From: an uncultured Planctomycetota bacterium
Lineage (GTDB): Bacteria > Planctomycetota > Planctomycetia > Pirellulales > Lacipirellulaceae
Direction: 5' to 3'
Assembly (NCBI GenBank): GCA_963719315.1
Contig: CAVRBU010000006.1
Location: 32,001-96,000, forward strand
Length of the DNA stretch: 64,000 bases
Below are positions 30,237-41,246 of this stretch, piece by piece. Positions within the stretch are counted from its first letter, which is position 1. Every line of letters begins with the position of its first letter. The notes beneath the pieces were generated by a model, which worked only from the letters and a program-made list of their open reading frames with translations, was not told the origin of the DNA and made no database searches. A program made the position numbers and the translations under genes.

Positions 30237-30811
30237 TTAAGAGAACTTTTGGCCAAGCCGTTGGAACAGCCAGGCGCGGGCGTAAGACCAATGGCGGTAG
30301 GCCGTCCGCTCGGAAATGCCGAGCAGCGTGGCTGTTTCCGCGAATGATAAACCGAGGAAATAGTGCAGCTTGACGACTTGAGCGGCTTGTGGGTCGGTCT
30401 GCTCCAGGGCGTCGAGCGACTCATGGACGGCCAGCACGTCGTCGTCGGGCGTTGCGCGATTACGTCGACTTCGTCGATTTCGATGTCGGCCCGCTGAAAG
30501 CCGCCGCCGTGACGGACTCGCCGTTTCCGCCGCGCGTTCTCGACCAGGATGCGACGCATGGCCTCGGCGGCGGCGGCGAAGAAATGGCCGCGGCCGTCCC
30601 ACCGCTGCGGCTCACGTTCGGCCGGGCCGACCAACCGCAAATAAGCTTCGTGGACGAGCGCGGTCGCGTCGAGAGTCTGGCCCGGCACCTCGTGCGCCAA
30701 CTTGGCCGCGGCGAGCTTGCGCAACTCCTCGTAGACCAGCGGGAGCAGGCGTTCGGCCGCGTGCGGTTCGCCCGCGTCGATGCTCTGAAGAATTTGGGTC
30801 ACATCGCTCAT
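30237..30811 (-). CDS. Kinase-associated planctomycete ECF sigma factor; frameshift near 30455
   Basis: [25 protein letters not shown]; second frame [15 protein letters not shown]. Confidence 0.88.
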
Positions 30812-30933
30812 GGCCACCAGTATATCATGGCGCGAGACTCGCCGAGCACGGTTGGCGTTCGAGTTGTCTCGTCCCGTACAATGCTAGTGGGATTGTAATG
30901 CCGCCAGGAGCGCGCCGCCGAACAGGATTCAAT

Positions 30934-33432
30934 ATGGACATGTCGCATAAACTTCCAATTGTCACCGGCGCGGCGGAGCGGGGCGACGCGGGGCAAGACC
31001 TCGCGATCGATCCGGTTTGCGGCATGCAAGTGGACAAGCGTGTGGCAAAACACACGCTGAGCCACGACGGGATGGACTACTACTTTTGCAGCCGGTCGTG
31101 CCGGGATAAGTTTGCCGCGAACCCGGAGCGGTTTGTTGCGACCGCAGCGCCCGCGCATGCAGACGGCGCCCATCAGAAGGGCGCATCGCCCAAGGCGGCG
31201 CAGTCTGGGACGATCTATACGTGTCCGATGCATCCTGAAATCCGGCAAGCGGGGCCGGGGAGTTGCCCGAAATGCGGTATGGCGTTGGAGCCGGAGTCGC
31301 CCGAAGCCGCTTCGCCCGGCCGTGTCGAATACACGTGCCCCATGCATCCGGAGATCGTGCGCGATGCACCGGGGAGTTGCCCGAAGTGTGGCATGGCGCT
31401 CGAACCGCGGACGGTTGCGGCGACGGACGAGAATCCGGAGCTGGCGGATATGTCGCGCCGGTTTTGGGTGAGTCTTGCTTTTACCGTGCCGCTTTTTCTG
31501 TTGGCGATGGCGCACATGGTGCTTGCCGAGCGGTTGCCGGGGTGGCTGACCGGGCGGGCGTTGTCATTTATTGAGTTCGCGCTGGCGACGCCGGTGGTGT
31601 TGTGGGGCGGCTGGCCATTCTTTGTGCGGATGTGGCAGTCGATCGTCAATCGCTATCCGAATATGTTTACGTTGATCGGCATCGGCACGGGGACCGCATA
31701 CCTCCACAGCGTCGTCGCGACGTTTTTGCCGCAGGTGTTTCCGGATTCATTTCAGTCGCAGCACGGCGTGGACCTGTATTTCGAGTCGGCGGCGGTCATT
31801 GTGACGCTCGTTCTGCTAGGACAAGTGCTGGAGCTGCGGGCCCGCAGTCGCACGGGGGCGGCGATTCGCGCACTGTTGGGGTTGGCCGCGAAAACGGCGC
31901 GGCGCATCAAGCCGGACGGTGGCGAAGAAGACGTGCCGCTCGAACAGGTGCAAGTCGGCGACAAGCTCCGCGTGCGGCCCGGTGAGAAAGTGCCCGTCGA
32001 TGGCGTCGTCGAGGAGGGCAGCAGCTATGTGGATGAATCGATGATCTCCGGCGAGCCGGTGCCGGTCGAGAAGAAGCCCGGAGAGCGGCTGATTGGCGCG
32101 ACCGTCAATGGCACGGGCAGCCTGGTGATGCGCGCCGAGCGAGTAGGCAGCGATACCGTGCTATCGCAAATCGTGCGGATGGTTGCCGACGCGCAGCGCA
32201 GCCGTGCGCCGATCCAACGGCTGGCCGACAAAGTTGCGACCTACTTCGTGCCGGCCGTGCTGGTGGCGGCCGTGATTACGTTTGCCGTGTGGGCAACGAT
32301 TGGGCCGGAACCGCGTTACGCTTATGCGCTGATCAACGCGGTGGCCGTGTTGATTATCGCTTGCCCCTGCGCGCTGGGGTTGGCGACGCCGATGTCGATC
32401 ATGGTTGGTGTGGGTCGAGGCGCGGCCGCGGGCGTGCTCGTGAAAAATGCGGAAGCGCTGGAGGTCATGGAGAACGTCAACACGCTCGTCGTGGACAAAA
32501 CCGGCACGCTCACCGAAGGCAAGCCGCGGTTGGTGACTGTGCGGCCGCTGGACGGCCGGTCCGAGCAGGATCTGTTGCGACTGGCGGGCAGCGTAGAACG
32601 CCCGAGCGAGCATCCGCTCGCGGCGGCGGTTGCCAACGGTGCAACGGAACGCGGCGTCGAACTGGCGTCTGCAGACGACTTCCAATCGATCACGGGCAAA
32701 GGCGTGAAGGGTCGCGTGGATGGCAAGCTGGTCGCGGTCGGCAATCGTCACTTGTTGGAAGGCGAGGGGGGCGACGTTCGCCAGCATGCGGACGATGCCG
32801 AAGCTTTGCGGAAAGAAGGCCAGACTGTGATGTTCGTCGCCGTGGATGGCCGGCTTACCGGTCTGCTGGGCGTGGCGGACCCGATCAAATCGACGACGAT
32901 CGAGGCGCTCCGTGCCTTGCGGGAGGAAGGATTGGAAATCGTCATCGCGACTGGCGATAGCCGCGCGACGGCTCAAGCGGTCGCGACGAAGCTGGGCGTT
33001 CAATCCGTCGAGGCCGAGGTGCTGCCCGAGGACAAACTCAACATCGTCCGGCGGCTGAAATCGCAAGGCCGAACGGTCGCGATGGCCGGCGACGGCATCA
33101 ACGACGCGCCGGCACTGGCCGAGGCGAACGTCGGCATCGCGATGGGCGCCGGTGCCGATGTGGCGATGGAAAGCGCGGGCGCCACGCTGATTCACGGCGA
33201 CCTGCGGGCGATCGTCCGTTTCCGCCGGCTGAGCGAGGGCGTGATGCGCAATATCCGCCAGAATCTGTTCTTCGCTTTCGTGTACAACGCGCTCGGCGTG
33301 CCAATCGCGGCCGGTGTTCTCTACCCGGTGTTCGGCCTGCTGCTCAATCCCATGATCGCGGCGGCCGCGATGAGCTTCAGTTCGGTCTCGGTGATCGCCA
33401 ACGCCCTGCGGCTGCGGAAGCTGCGGCTATAA
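30934..33432 (+). CDS. copA: Cu(I)-type P1B ATPase with YHS and two heavy-metal-binding domains
   Basis: DPVCGM, two YTCPMHP motifs, [21 protein letters not shown]. Confidence 0.93.
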   Translation: MDMSHKLPIVTGAAERGDAGQDLAIDPVCGMQVDKRVAKHTLSHDGMDYYFCSRSCRDKFAANPERFVATAAPAHADGAHQKGASPKAAQSGTIYTCPMHPEIRQAGPGSCPKCGMALEPESPEAASPGRVEYTCPMHPEIVRDAPGSCPKCGMALEPRTVAATDENPELADMSRRFWVSLAFTVPLFLLAMAHMVLAERLPGWLTGRALSFIEFALATPVVLWGGWPFFVRMWQSIVNRYPNMFTLIGIGTGTAYLHSVVATFLPQVFPDSFQSQHGVDLYFESAAVIVTLVLLGQVLELRARSRTGAAIRALLGLAAKTARRIKPDGGEEDVPLEQVQVGDKLRVRPGEKVPVDGVVEEGSSYVDESMISGEPVPVEKKPGERLIGATVNGTGSLVMRAERVGSDTVLSQIVRMVADAQRSRAPIQRLADKVATYFVPAVLVAAVITFAVWATIGPEPRYAYALINAVAVLIIACPCALGLATPMSIMVGVGRGAAAGVLVKNAEALEVMENVNTLVVDKTGTLTEGKPRLVTVRPLDGRSEQDLLRLAGSVERPSEHPLAAAVANGATERGVELASADDFQSITGKGVKGRVDGKLVAVGNRHLLEGEGGDVRQHADDAEALRKEGQTVMFVAVDGRLTGLLGVADPIKSTTIEALRALREEGLEIVIATGDSRATAQAVATKLGVQSVEAEVLPEDKLNIVRRLKSQGRTVAMAGDGINDAPALAEANVGIAMGAGADVAMESAGATLIHGDLRAIVRFRRLSEGVMRNIRQNLFFAFVYNALGVPIAAGVLYPVFGLLLNPMIAAAAMSFSSVSVIANALRLRKLRL

Positions 33433-33494
33433 CCGCACTCCGGCGATTTGCGCTATCAAGTTTGCGAACAGTATGAACGTGCCTGCCCGAAATG

Positions 33495-35470
33495 ATAAAC
33501 GTGACTGCCATGGGGATTTCAAGTAGGGAGTGAGAATTTATTTATGTGCAGACTTCATGCGCACCACCAACTGGTGGCTTTTTAAAAGGAGTCGGAAGAA
33601 TCAGTCTTGGTTCGATGAGGATCATCTCTGTCGCTTGGTGATCACGTTTCGCCGTACAGGTAATCCATAAGAGGGACGGCCCCAAACTGCCGTATCAGGC
33701 GGTGGTGATCCGACAGAGCGCCATGCACATTAAAGGCAGGAATGCCATAGGGCGTGAAGGCGGTGTCAATCCTCACACGAGTTCAGGGCCGATCCCTGGT
33801 CTCCTTGGATTCGGTTGTGTGGACTCCTAATCGAGCAAGCACGGCGGGCATCAGCTCGCCAATGGCGATGGCGCCTCGACGACGCTTGGTCTGTTGCTCC
33901 AAGACCGCGGCGACTACTTGCGCCTCGTGGCAACGCGTATTGTACGGCAGCTGGGAGACGGCGGCGTGCAAGTCTTCCATCACGCATTCCAGCGGCGTCT
34001 CATGGTCGTGATGAAAATGCCGCAGTTTCTCCAGAATCGAATCCGGCTCTTGGAAACAGGGGTGCCTCATCGGCTGGTCTCCAGCCACACACGCCAGCAC
34101 CAGGCGGCTGAAGCGTTTGGCGATCTTGACGCGGCTGGCGCGCTTATCAATGCCGCGAGATTGATCCAGTTCGGCTTGGCCACGGTAGTAACTACAGTGG
34201 CAGGCCAAGCAGTCGGCGATCCGCATCAGCACGCACCGCAATCGGCGATTGGCCTGGCGGATGATTGGACCACTGGCATTGTCCGTTTGATCGCTTTGAT
34301 GACGCGAGGGATAAAGGCCGCTGCGACCGGTGATGGCGTTGGCATTCGCGTAGCGATTGATCGGGCCCATTTCGCCAGCCAACTCGGCTGCCGAAACCAC
34401 ATTGATGCCCGGGATGGCCAATAAACGAACATAGGGCGTCCGCGTAAGATCACCAGCAAGCCGTTGCTCCAAGGCCAAGATTTTGCCGCGAAAATGCTGA
34501 TAAAGCTCGTAGAGGTCGGTCCAGATCGCATGGTGCAAAGGGCCGTCTTGGATGTGGAGCTTCGTCGCCTCCGCGGCCCAGGTCAGAACTCGCTCGATTG
34601 TTCGCGTCTGGTAGCGAATCTTGTTGTCCTGCAGATACTGACGTAGACCGCCGTGCGCCAACTGGAGCAACATGGCGGGCGAGTCACCTCGGCGCGCAAT
34701 GGCCAAGGGCGTGAGGCGATCGAAGAGGCGGTCGAACAGGTCGGCGTAGCCGGGCATTGCCAGATGGAGGTGATCGCGGATCTGGCAAGCGAGCGCCGCT
34801 GACTTTTCGACCAGGTTGCGACGATGCCGGGCCCTCAGCTGCAGCTGGCGATAGGGTGGCTCCAGCTCGAACTCACAGAGACCGAATCCGGCCACAGCCG
34901 CTCGGTGTTGCGCATACAGGTCCGTTTCGTCGGTCTTGTTGCCCGGATCCGCTGGCATGCGATACTGTTTCGTCGCAAAAGGATGGACTACCCGCGTATC
35001 GAATCCAGCTTGGGCGAATGCACGTTTCACAGGCAGGTAGTAGTTGCCCGTTCGTTCCACGACGACAATCGTGTCTTGAATGTGATGCTCCTGTTGGGCT
35101 TGGCGAATCTGCTCCATGGCCAACTTGAAACAGGGTGCTTGATGCTGGAGCGTCTGAGGTTCGATGAACAGGTTCCCGAAGTAATCGGCCATCATCCACT
35201 CGGATCGGTGTTTGGCCGGATCAACACACACGATCGCAAAACGCTCACCGCCCACCTTCTGGACGCGGGGACCAATGACGCCATTGGGTTTTTGGAGCGA
35301 TTGCCGCCGCGGACGTGACTTCGGCGTACCGTGCCGCCGACGATTGGAACCGAGCATTGAGGCCATTTGGATTCTCCTTCATCGGGAAAAGAGGGCGTTG
35401 TTCCCATCCTTATCCCCAAAGCAAATCCAAGCCGACTCCCACCAGAAGAGGGATTTATTCTTATAGAAGC
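33495..35470 (-). mobile_element. IS110-family element (ends approximate)
   Basis: Transposase with about 100 bp upstream and about 290 bp downstream non-coding DNA. Confidence 0.75.
33783..35366 (-). CDS. IS110 family transposase/recombinase, 527 aa
   Basis: DEDD motifs (CVDPAK, VERTGNY, NKTDETD); IPGINVVSA; GLYPSRHQSD Ser motif. Confidence 0.9.
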   Translation of the reverse strand: MASMLGSNRRRHGTPKSRPRRQSLQKPNGVIGPRVQKVGGERFAIVCVDPAKHRSEWMMADYFGNLFIEPQTLQHQAPCFKLAMEQIRQAQQEHHIQDTIVVVERTGNYYLPVKRAFAQAGFDTRVVHPFATKQYRMPADPGNKTDETDLYAQHRAAVAGFGLCEFELEPPYRQLQLRARHRRNLVEKSAALACQIRDHLHLAMPGYADLFDRLFDRLTPLAIARRGDSPAMLLQLAHGGLRQYLQDNKIRYQTRTIERVLTWAAEATKLHIQDGPLHHAIWTDLYELYQHFRGKILALEQRLAGDLTRTPYVRLLAIPGINVVSAAELAGEMGPINRYANANAITGRSGLYPSRHQSDQTDNASGPIIRQANRRLRCVLMRIADCLACHCSYYRGQAELDQSRGIDKRASRVKIAKRFSRLVLACVAGDQPMRHPCFQEPDSILEKLRHFHHDHETPLECVMEDLHAAVSQLPYNTRCHEAQVVAAVLEQQTKRRRGAIAIGELMPAVLARLGVHTTESKETRDRP

Positions 35471-35518
35471 GTCATACCTGAGAGCGTTGGGACTAACGAA
35501 GTGGACGAGGGCGGAACT

Positions 35519-36634
35519 ATGACACCTTCAGTACATGATGACTATGCAAAGGACCTGTTACTTTCTCTCTTCGATTACCATCCAGAGATGGATGTTATAA
35601 CGTTTGTTCCTAATCCCTCGCAGAGCCGAAACGCCGCAAAAGCAATGACCGCCATTCTGTGTCATCGACTCTTCAAGAATTCTCGGCAGATTCCAATTCT
35701 GAGATTTGGAACCACATTCGAATGGAAGGAGGGTGTTTTCAACTGCAGAAACATTGCGGACCGTGGTTATCTCTGGACCAACATGCGACGCAATGCTGCG
35801 GATGACATCCATGAGATCGCCGAAAGCAAGGCGGTAGCGTATCTCTTGGCTTGCTCCGATCCGGGCGAAACAAAACTATCCGCGTGGGTGCTCCCTGAGC
35901 CACTATTTCATAGTAGTTTGTCGAAGCTGCCCCCAAAGAAGGCTGGCGAAGAATACACCATTCAAATCTCGACGCGCGATCAGCGGATCGAAGGCTTTGC
36001 ACCGTCACCCGATTTAAGCCAATACTACAACGAATTCCTTTTGTCTCCGAAGGAATTAGAGATATTGAACGAATCGCGTGTCGTAGATGCTTCGGTCAGG
36101 AGGGAAAGAAAAAATGCAAAATTGGAAGAGGACACCTATGACGACGTTAGTGAATCGGTCTCAGGGAGTAAGACTAACACCTTACTAAAAGATGTATCCG
36201 AGCAATTGGACGAAACAGGTGCATTTGACCCGATGGGTATAGCTGATGCCCGGGAGCGCGTCCTTGCGTCGATCGTACGGCGTCGTGGACAACCCGCGTT
36301 TCGACAAGGATTATTGGGGGCTTACAACGGTCGGTGTGCGGTAAGTGACTGCGATGTGGACGCTGTTTTGGATGCCGCACATATTCTTCCTTACAAGGGG
36401 CCGGAGACAAATCATCTCGGCAACGGCTTGCTTCTTAGAACTGATATTCACGCACTGTTCGATCTGAAACTTATTGCAGTGGACGTGGCCACAATGACCT
36501 TGCTTGTCTCTCATGAGCTAGCGGGTACATGCTACGATGACTTTCGTGGACGACCGATTAGCGCTCCACGCGATGGCGATACTCAACCCAATAGGGCGGC
36601 GCTTGACCAACATCGTCACGATAGCGGTCTATAG
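35519..36634 (+). CDS. HNH endonuclease with an uncharacterised N-terminal domain
   Basis: RRGQPAFR..AYNGRCAV..LDAAHI..NGLLLRTDIHALFD; lower GC than flanks. Confidence 0.85.
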   Translation: MTPSVHDDYAKDLLLSLFDYHPEMDVITFVPNPSQSRNAAKAMTAILCHRLFKNSRQIPILRFGTTFEWKEGVFNCRNIADRGYLWTNMRRNAADDIHEIAESKAVAYLLACSDPGETKLSAWVLPEPLFHSSLSKLPPKKAGEEYTIQISTRDQRIEGFAPSPDLSQYYNEFLLSPKELEILNESRVVDASVRRERKNAKLEEDTYDDVSESVSGSKTNTLLKDVSEQLDETGAFDPMGIADARERVLASIVRRRGQPAFRQGLLGAYNGRCAVSDCDVDAVLDAAHILPYKGPETNHLGNGLLLRTDIHALFDLKLIAVDVATMTLLVSHELAGTCYDDFRGRPISAPRDGDTQPNRAALDQHRHDSGL

Positions 36635-36701
36635 TGTTTTTGCTAGGTCTCAATGATCGCCAACGCACTTTGCTTATGATATACGGCAGCGAGTGCAGCC
36701 G

Positions 36702-37952
36702 ATGAGCGAGAACACTAAAGAGCACGTACAGAGCACGGTGGAAGAAATCTACCGCAACGATTCGCGGCGCATGTTTGCGACGCTCGTGCGGCTGCTGAGC
36801 GACTTCGATCTGGCCGAGGAAGCGATGCACGATGCATTTGCGTCGGCTCTGAAGCAATGGCCTGAGGAAGGAGTACCGGAGAATCCGCGAGCTTGGCTGG
36901 TATCGACGGGTCGATTCAAGGCGATCGACGCGATGCGGCGGCGGGCGCGGTTTGATGCGTCGCTCGGCGAGTTGGCGGAGCGGTTGAACTCGCGCGCGAG
37001 CGCGACAAGTGGGCCGGGTGACGAACGCGTCGAGGACGATCGGCTGCGGTTGATCTTCACCTGCTGCCATCCGGCACTCGCGCCGGAGCAACAAGTGGCG
37101 CTCACGCTGCGGGAAGTCTGCGGGTTGACGACCGAGGCCATCGCCAGCGCGTTTTTGGTTACGCCTTCCGCGCTTGCGCAACGAATTGTCCGGGCGAAAT
37201 CGAAGATTCGCGATGCCGGCATTCCGTACCAGGTTCCTGCGCGCGACGATTTTCCGGAGCGGCTCGACAGCGTGCTGCAGGTGATCTACCTCGTGTTCAA
37301 CGAAGGGTACTCGGCGTCGTCGGGCGATTCGCTGACGCGGCCCGATCTATCGAGCGAAGCGATTCGGCTGGGGCGGCTGCTGTTGGAGTTGCTGCCGGAG
37401 TCGGAAGTCGTTGGGCTGTTGGCGCTCATGTTGTTGCACGAATCGCGGCGAGCGGCACGTACTTCGGCCGACGGCGAGCTGATTCTGCTCGACCACCAGG
37501 ATCGCTCGATTTGGAATCGCGAGCAGATAGCTGAGGGCGAAACGCTGGTTGGCCGGGCGATGGCCATGCAGGAGATTGGGCCCTACGTCATTCAGGCGGC
37601 GATCGCGGCGGTGCATGCTGAGGCAAGTCACCCAGACTCGACCGATTGGGCTCAGATTGTCGCACTCTACGACTTATTGGCGCGGGTCGTGCCGTCGCCG
37701 GTCGTGGAATTGAATCGGGCCGTGGCAATTGCCATGCGCGATGGGCCAGCCGCCGGCCTCGAACGGATTGACGCACTTCTCGACCGCGGCGAATTGGCCG
37801 ACTATCACTTGGCCTACGCGGCCCGGGCCGACCTGTGCCGCCGGCTGGGGCTTACGTCGGAGGCCCGGGTGGCATACGACCAGGCGCTGGCGCTGGCACG
37901 ACAGGAGCCCGAACGGCGGTTTCTAGAACGGCGACTGGCGGAATTGGGCTGA
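36702..37952 (+). CDS. ECF42-type sigma factor with C-terminal TPR-like extension
   Basis: DDRLRLIFTCCHPAL, YLVFNEGY, QAAIAAVH, TDWAQI; followed by DGPF genes. Confidence 0.9.
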   Translation: MSENTKEHVQSTVEEIYRNDSRRMFATLVRLLSDFDLAEEAMHDAFASALKQWPEEGVPENPRAWLVSTGRFKAIDAMRRRARFDASLGELAERLNSRASATSGPGDERVEDDRLRLIFTCCHPALAPEQQVALTLREVCGLTTEAIASAFLVTPSALAQRIVRAKSKIRDAGIPYQVPARDDFPERLDSVLQVIYLVFNEGYSASSGDSLTRPDLSSEAIRLGRLLLELLPESEVVGLLALMLLHESRRAARTSADGELILLDHQDRSIWNREQIAEGETLVGRAMAMQEIGPYVIQAAIAAVHAEASHPDSTDWAQIVALYDLLARVVPSPVVELNRAVAIAMRDGPAAGLERIDALLDRGELADYHLAYAARADLCRRLGLTSEARVAYDQALALARQEPERRFLERRLAELG

Positions 37953-37971
37953 TAAAAGTTTTTTTGACCGT

Positions 37972-37998
37972 TGTCGAATTCGGCGGCTGCCGAACGAC
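37972..37998 (+). promoter_or_regulatory. Putative ECF42 promoter
   Basis: TGTCGA-N17-CGAC; same geometry at 39401. Confidence 0.75.
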
Positions 37999-38090
37999 TA
38001 TCCAGTGTTAGCAGACAAATTCGAGCCAGGTGCCCGGCACAAGCATTGCAGGCAGCTTGTTCAGAACCCCCGATATTAAGGAATCCAACT

Positions 38091-38525
38091 ATGCGATTCA
38101 TGGTCATGGTCAAGGCAACCAAGGATTCGGAAGCCGGCGTAATGCCGAGCGAGGAATTGCTCACCGAAATGGGAAAATTCAACGAAGAGTTGGTGAAGGC
38201 GGGCGTGATGTTATCGGGCGAGGGTTTGCAGGCCAGCTCGAAGGGCGCACGAGTTCGCTTCGCGGGCAACAAACGGACAGTCATCGACGGGCCGTTCGCC
38301 GAGACGAAGGAGCTTGTGGCGGGCTTCTGGATGTGGCAATGCAAGTCGCTGGCCGAAGCGATCGAGTGGGTCAAAAAATGCCCGAATCCACACCCGCACA
38401 AAGAGAGCGAAATCGAAATCCGCCAGGTGTTCGAAATAGAAGATTTCGGCGCCGAGCTGACGCCCGAACTTCGCGAGCAAGAAGAGCGCGTGCGGACGCA
38501 AGCGGCCGCGAATGAGGCGAAGTAG
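38091..38525 (+). CDS. YciI/DGPF family protein
   Basis: DGPFAETKELVAG. Confidence 0.9.
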   Translation: MRFMVMVKATKDSEAGVMPSEELLTEMGKFNEELVKAGVMLSGEGLQASSKGARVRFAGNKRTVIDGPFAETKELVAGFWMWQCKSLAEAIEWVKKCPNPHPHKESEIEIRQVFEIEDFGAELTPELREQEERVRTQAAANEAK

Positions 38526-38639
38526 CCCCCATCGGGTCAACAAGATATGAAAGCCATCGATGAGGTGAGGGAATTTGTCATTGGCCATATCGGAGGTCGT
38601 GAAACGCTTCCGAAAAATGCCAATTTCACAATTCAATTG

Positions 38640-38780
38640 CAGTAGTTCCAAGTTCAGAGAAGAAAGGGCGGAACACTAATCTGCGCTAATTTCCACCGAT
38701 TCGGAATTAGCGAAAATCAGTGAGAATTAGTGTTCCTCAGTAATTTATTTTCTCGTCAGTCTCGAAACTTGGAACTACTG
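38640..38780. mobile_element. MITE family A, copy 1
   Basis: Terminal inverted repeat CAGTAGTTCCAAGTT / AACTTGGAACTACTG; 141 bp. Confidence 0.85.
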
Positions 38781-38887
38781 GATAACAAATCGTCTTCCTC
38801 GGTGATCTCAGTGGCCTCTGTGGCAAAAGTCGACCGTGTTGATCGTAAGCACGCTCAAACGTTAAAGGAATATGAGGGACACCTACC

Positions 38888-39378
38888 ATGAAAACTATTA
38901 CTCCCTGCTTGTGGTTCGATGACCAAGGCGAAGAGGCGGCGAAGTTTTACACTTCGATCTTCAAAAACTCGAAGATCAAAAACATCTCTCGCTACGGCGA
39001 GGCCGGCAAGGAGCATCATCGCAAACCGGTCGGATCGGTGATGGTCGTAGCCTTTGAAATCAACGGCCAGCCCTTTACGGCACTTAACGGTGGCCCGCAG
39101 TTCAAATTCAACGAGGCCGTTTCGTTCCAAGTGATGTGCGAGTCACAGGAAGAAGTGGACTACTACTGGGAGAAGCTTTCGCAAGGCGGCGATCCCCAGG
39201 CCCAACAATGCGGTTGGCTCAAGGACAAGTTCGGCGTCTCGTGGCAAATCGTGCCGATCGCCGCGATGGAATTGATCGGAAACCCCGATGCGGGATAGGG
39301 GTCAGCGCAATGGGCACCATGATGCAAATGAAAAAAATCGACATTGCCACCATGCAGCGTGCCGCCGACCAGAAATAA
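38888..39378 (+). CDS. VOC/PhnB-like protein, interrupted near 39296-39308
   Basis: ITPCLWF, ALNGGP, CGWLKDKFGVSWQI; tail MMQMKKIDIA in another frame. Confidence 0.85.
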
Positions 39379-39400
39379 TTCCAACAATGTTTTGAAGACG

Positions 39401-39427
39401 TGTCGATCTCGGCACTTTCCGTTCGAC
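39401..39427 (+). promoter_or_regulatory. Putative ECF42 promoter
   Basis: TGTCGA-N17-CGAC. Confidence 0.75.
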
Positions 39428-39463
39428 TAATTGATAAACAAACCCATCGCGGGGAGAATAACG

Positions 39464-39661
39464 ATGAACAACGCGAATTGCATTTTGAATCGGCCTGGCT
39501 GCAACGACTTGCGGCAAATGGTGGAACCGCTGGCTAACTACATCTGCGCGACGGAGCAGCCGAGAAAGGCGCTCATGTCGGCCCTCGCGGCTCTGTTTCG
39601 CGAAGTCGAGGCCACGAACCAAGCGGCCATCTTGCACTTTCACTCGTACTCGGAGAATTAA
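39464..39661 (+). CDS. Small hypothetical protein (65 aa)
   Basis: RBS GGGGAG; first ORF after the promoter; ends 4 nt before the next gene. Confidence 0.6.
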   Translation: MNNANCILNRPGCNDLRQMVEPLANYICATEQPRKALMSALAALFREVEATNQAAILHFHSYSEN

Positions 39662-39665
39662 CGCC

Positions 39666-40055
39666 ATGAAATACATGCTACTGATTTATACAGCGGAAGA
39701 CTCTTATTCGGACGGCGAGCGCGAGCAGTGCTACGTCGAATCGACCGAGCTGACGCACGACCTCAACGCCCGCGGCCAGTACATAGCCGCCAACCCGCTG
39801 CAATCCGTGGCGACCGCGACCACCGTGCGCGTGCGAAACGGCAAGCGGCTCGTGACCGATGGACCGTTCGCCGAAACGCGCGAGCAACTCGGCGGTTACT
39901 TCCTGGTCGAGGCCGCCGACCTTAACGAGGCGATCGCCATTGCCGGCCGGATCCCGGGCGCGAGGAAGGGGACGGTCGAAGTGCGGCCCGTGTTGGAAAT
40001 CGCGGGGTTGCCGAAGAAGCGCGAATTGGTAGCTGAAGCCGGGGTGCATAACTAA
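39666..40055 (+). CDS. YciI/DGPF family protein
   Basis: MKYMLLIY..DGPFAETREQLGG. Confidence 0.9.
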   Translation: MKYMLLIYTAEDSYSDGEREQCYVESTELTHDLNARGQYIAANPLQSVATATTVRVRNGKRLVTDGPFAETREQLGGYFLVEAADLNEAIAIAGRIPGARKGTVEVRPVLEIAGLPKKRELVAEAGVHN

Positions 40056-40154
40056 TACCAGCATTCGGTAGCTGAAGTTGCAAGACTTCAGGCCGACGAG
40101 GACCAACGACGGAATTCTTGCGAATCCCGCTCCAGTCGAACGAGGCCAATCGCC

Positions 40155-40521
40155 ATGAAATACATGCTGCTCTGTTACGACGACGAACCGTTCTGGGCGA
40201 ATGCCGGCCCGGCGGCGCACAAGGAGGCCATTGGGGAGGCCGTCGGCGCTCACGCACGAACTGGATGCCAAGGGTCAGTACGTGACCGCGTCGCCGCTCG
40301 AGCCGTCATCTTCCGCAGTCTCGGTTCGCATCCGCGACGGCAAGCAGCAGGTCACCGACGGCCCTTTTGCGGAAACGCGCGAGGTGCTCGGCGGCTACTA
40401 TATTATCGACGTCGAAAACCTCGATGAAGCGATCCGCATCGCCGAGCGGCACTCGGGCACCCGCGTGGGCGCGGTGGAAATCCGTCCCATTTTGGAAATC
40501 TCCGGTCTACCGAAGAATTAA
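40155..40521 (+). CDS. YciI/DGPF family protein, frameshift near 40246
   Basis: MKYMLLCY in one frame, DGPFAETREVLGG in the next. Confidence 0.85.
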
Positions 40522-40529
40522 TCGTCATT

Positions 40530-40669
40530 CAGTAGTTCCAAGTTTCGAGACTGACGAGGAAATAAATCACTGAGGAACACTAATTCTCACTAATTTTCGC
40601 TAATTCCGAATCAGTGGAGATTAGCGCAGATTAGTGTTTCGCCCTTTTTGTCTGAACTTGGAACTACTG
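40530..40669. mobile_element. MITE family A, copy 2 (inverted), target duplication TCATT
   Basis: Same terminal repeats; TCATT on both flanks. Confidence 0.9.
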
Positions 40670-40731
40670 TCATTCACATTGCTACTTGGCGGCCGCGTGT
40701 CGCCGACAAGACCAAACGAAGGAGAAACGCC

Positions 40732-41148
40732 ATGTTCATTCAACCCTACTTGTGCTTCGAAGGCCGCTGCGAGGAAGCATTGAAGTTTTACGGCAGCGCG
40801 TTGGACGCGGAAACTACCAGGCTGATGCGCTTCAAAGACAATCCGGAGCCGCAGTCGAAAGCAGGTTCTTCGCCCGAGCCGGGCGACAAGGTGATGCACG
40901 CCAACGTCAAGATCCGCGATACGCAGATCATGATGTCGGATGGTCGTTGCCAAGGGCAGCCGAAGTTCGAAGGCATCGCGCTCACGCTCAACGCGAAAGA
41001 TCCAGCCGACGCAGACAAGTTGTTTGCCGCGCTCAGCGCGGGCGGGCAGGTGCAGATGCCACTGTGTGAAACCTTCTTCGCTCAACGTTTCGGCATGGTC
41101 GCGGACAAATTCGGCGTTACGTGGATGATTCTGGCGGAGAAGAAGTAG
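40732..41148 (+). CDS. VOC/PhnB family protein
   Basis: PYLCFEGRCEEA, VMHA, FGMVADKFGVTW. Confidence 0.9.
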   Translation: MFIQPYLCFEGRCEEALKFYGSALDAETTRLMRFKDNPEPQSKAGSSPEPGDKVMHANVKIRDTQIMMSDGRCQGQPKFEGIALTLNAKDPADADKLFAALSAGGQVQMPLCETFFAQRFGMVADKFGVTWMILAEKK

Positions 41149-41246
41149 TTGTAGCCGGCCTCTGGGGGCGACGGCTCGGCGCTTCCGAAGTCGCTAATCC
41201 CGGCTACAATCGTTGACGACACAGCTAACATTTGAAAGGCAAAATC

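Noticed and set aside
27003..30811. ECF sigma plus Ser/Thr kinase module as a novel system
   Set aside because: This is a well-known, highly expanded planctomycete arrangement.
33495..35480. Exact IS110 ends and circle-junction promoter
   Set aside because: Candidate cores (ACG, TT) put TTGAAA and TATAAG 20-21 bp apart, too far for a canonical promoter; ends cannot be fixed from one copy.
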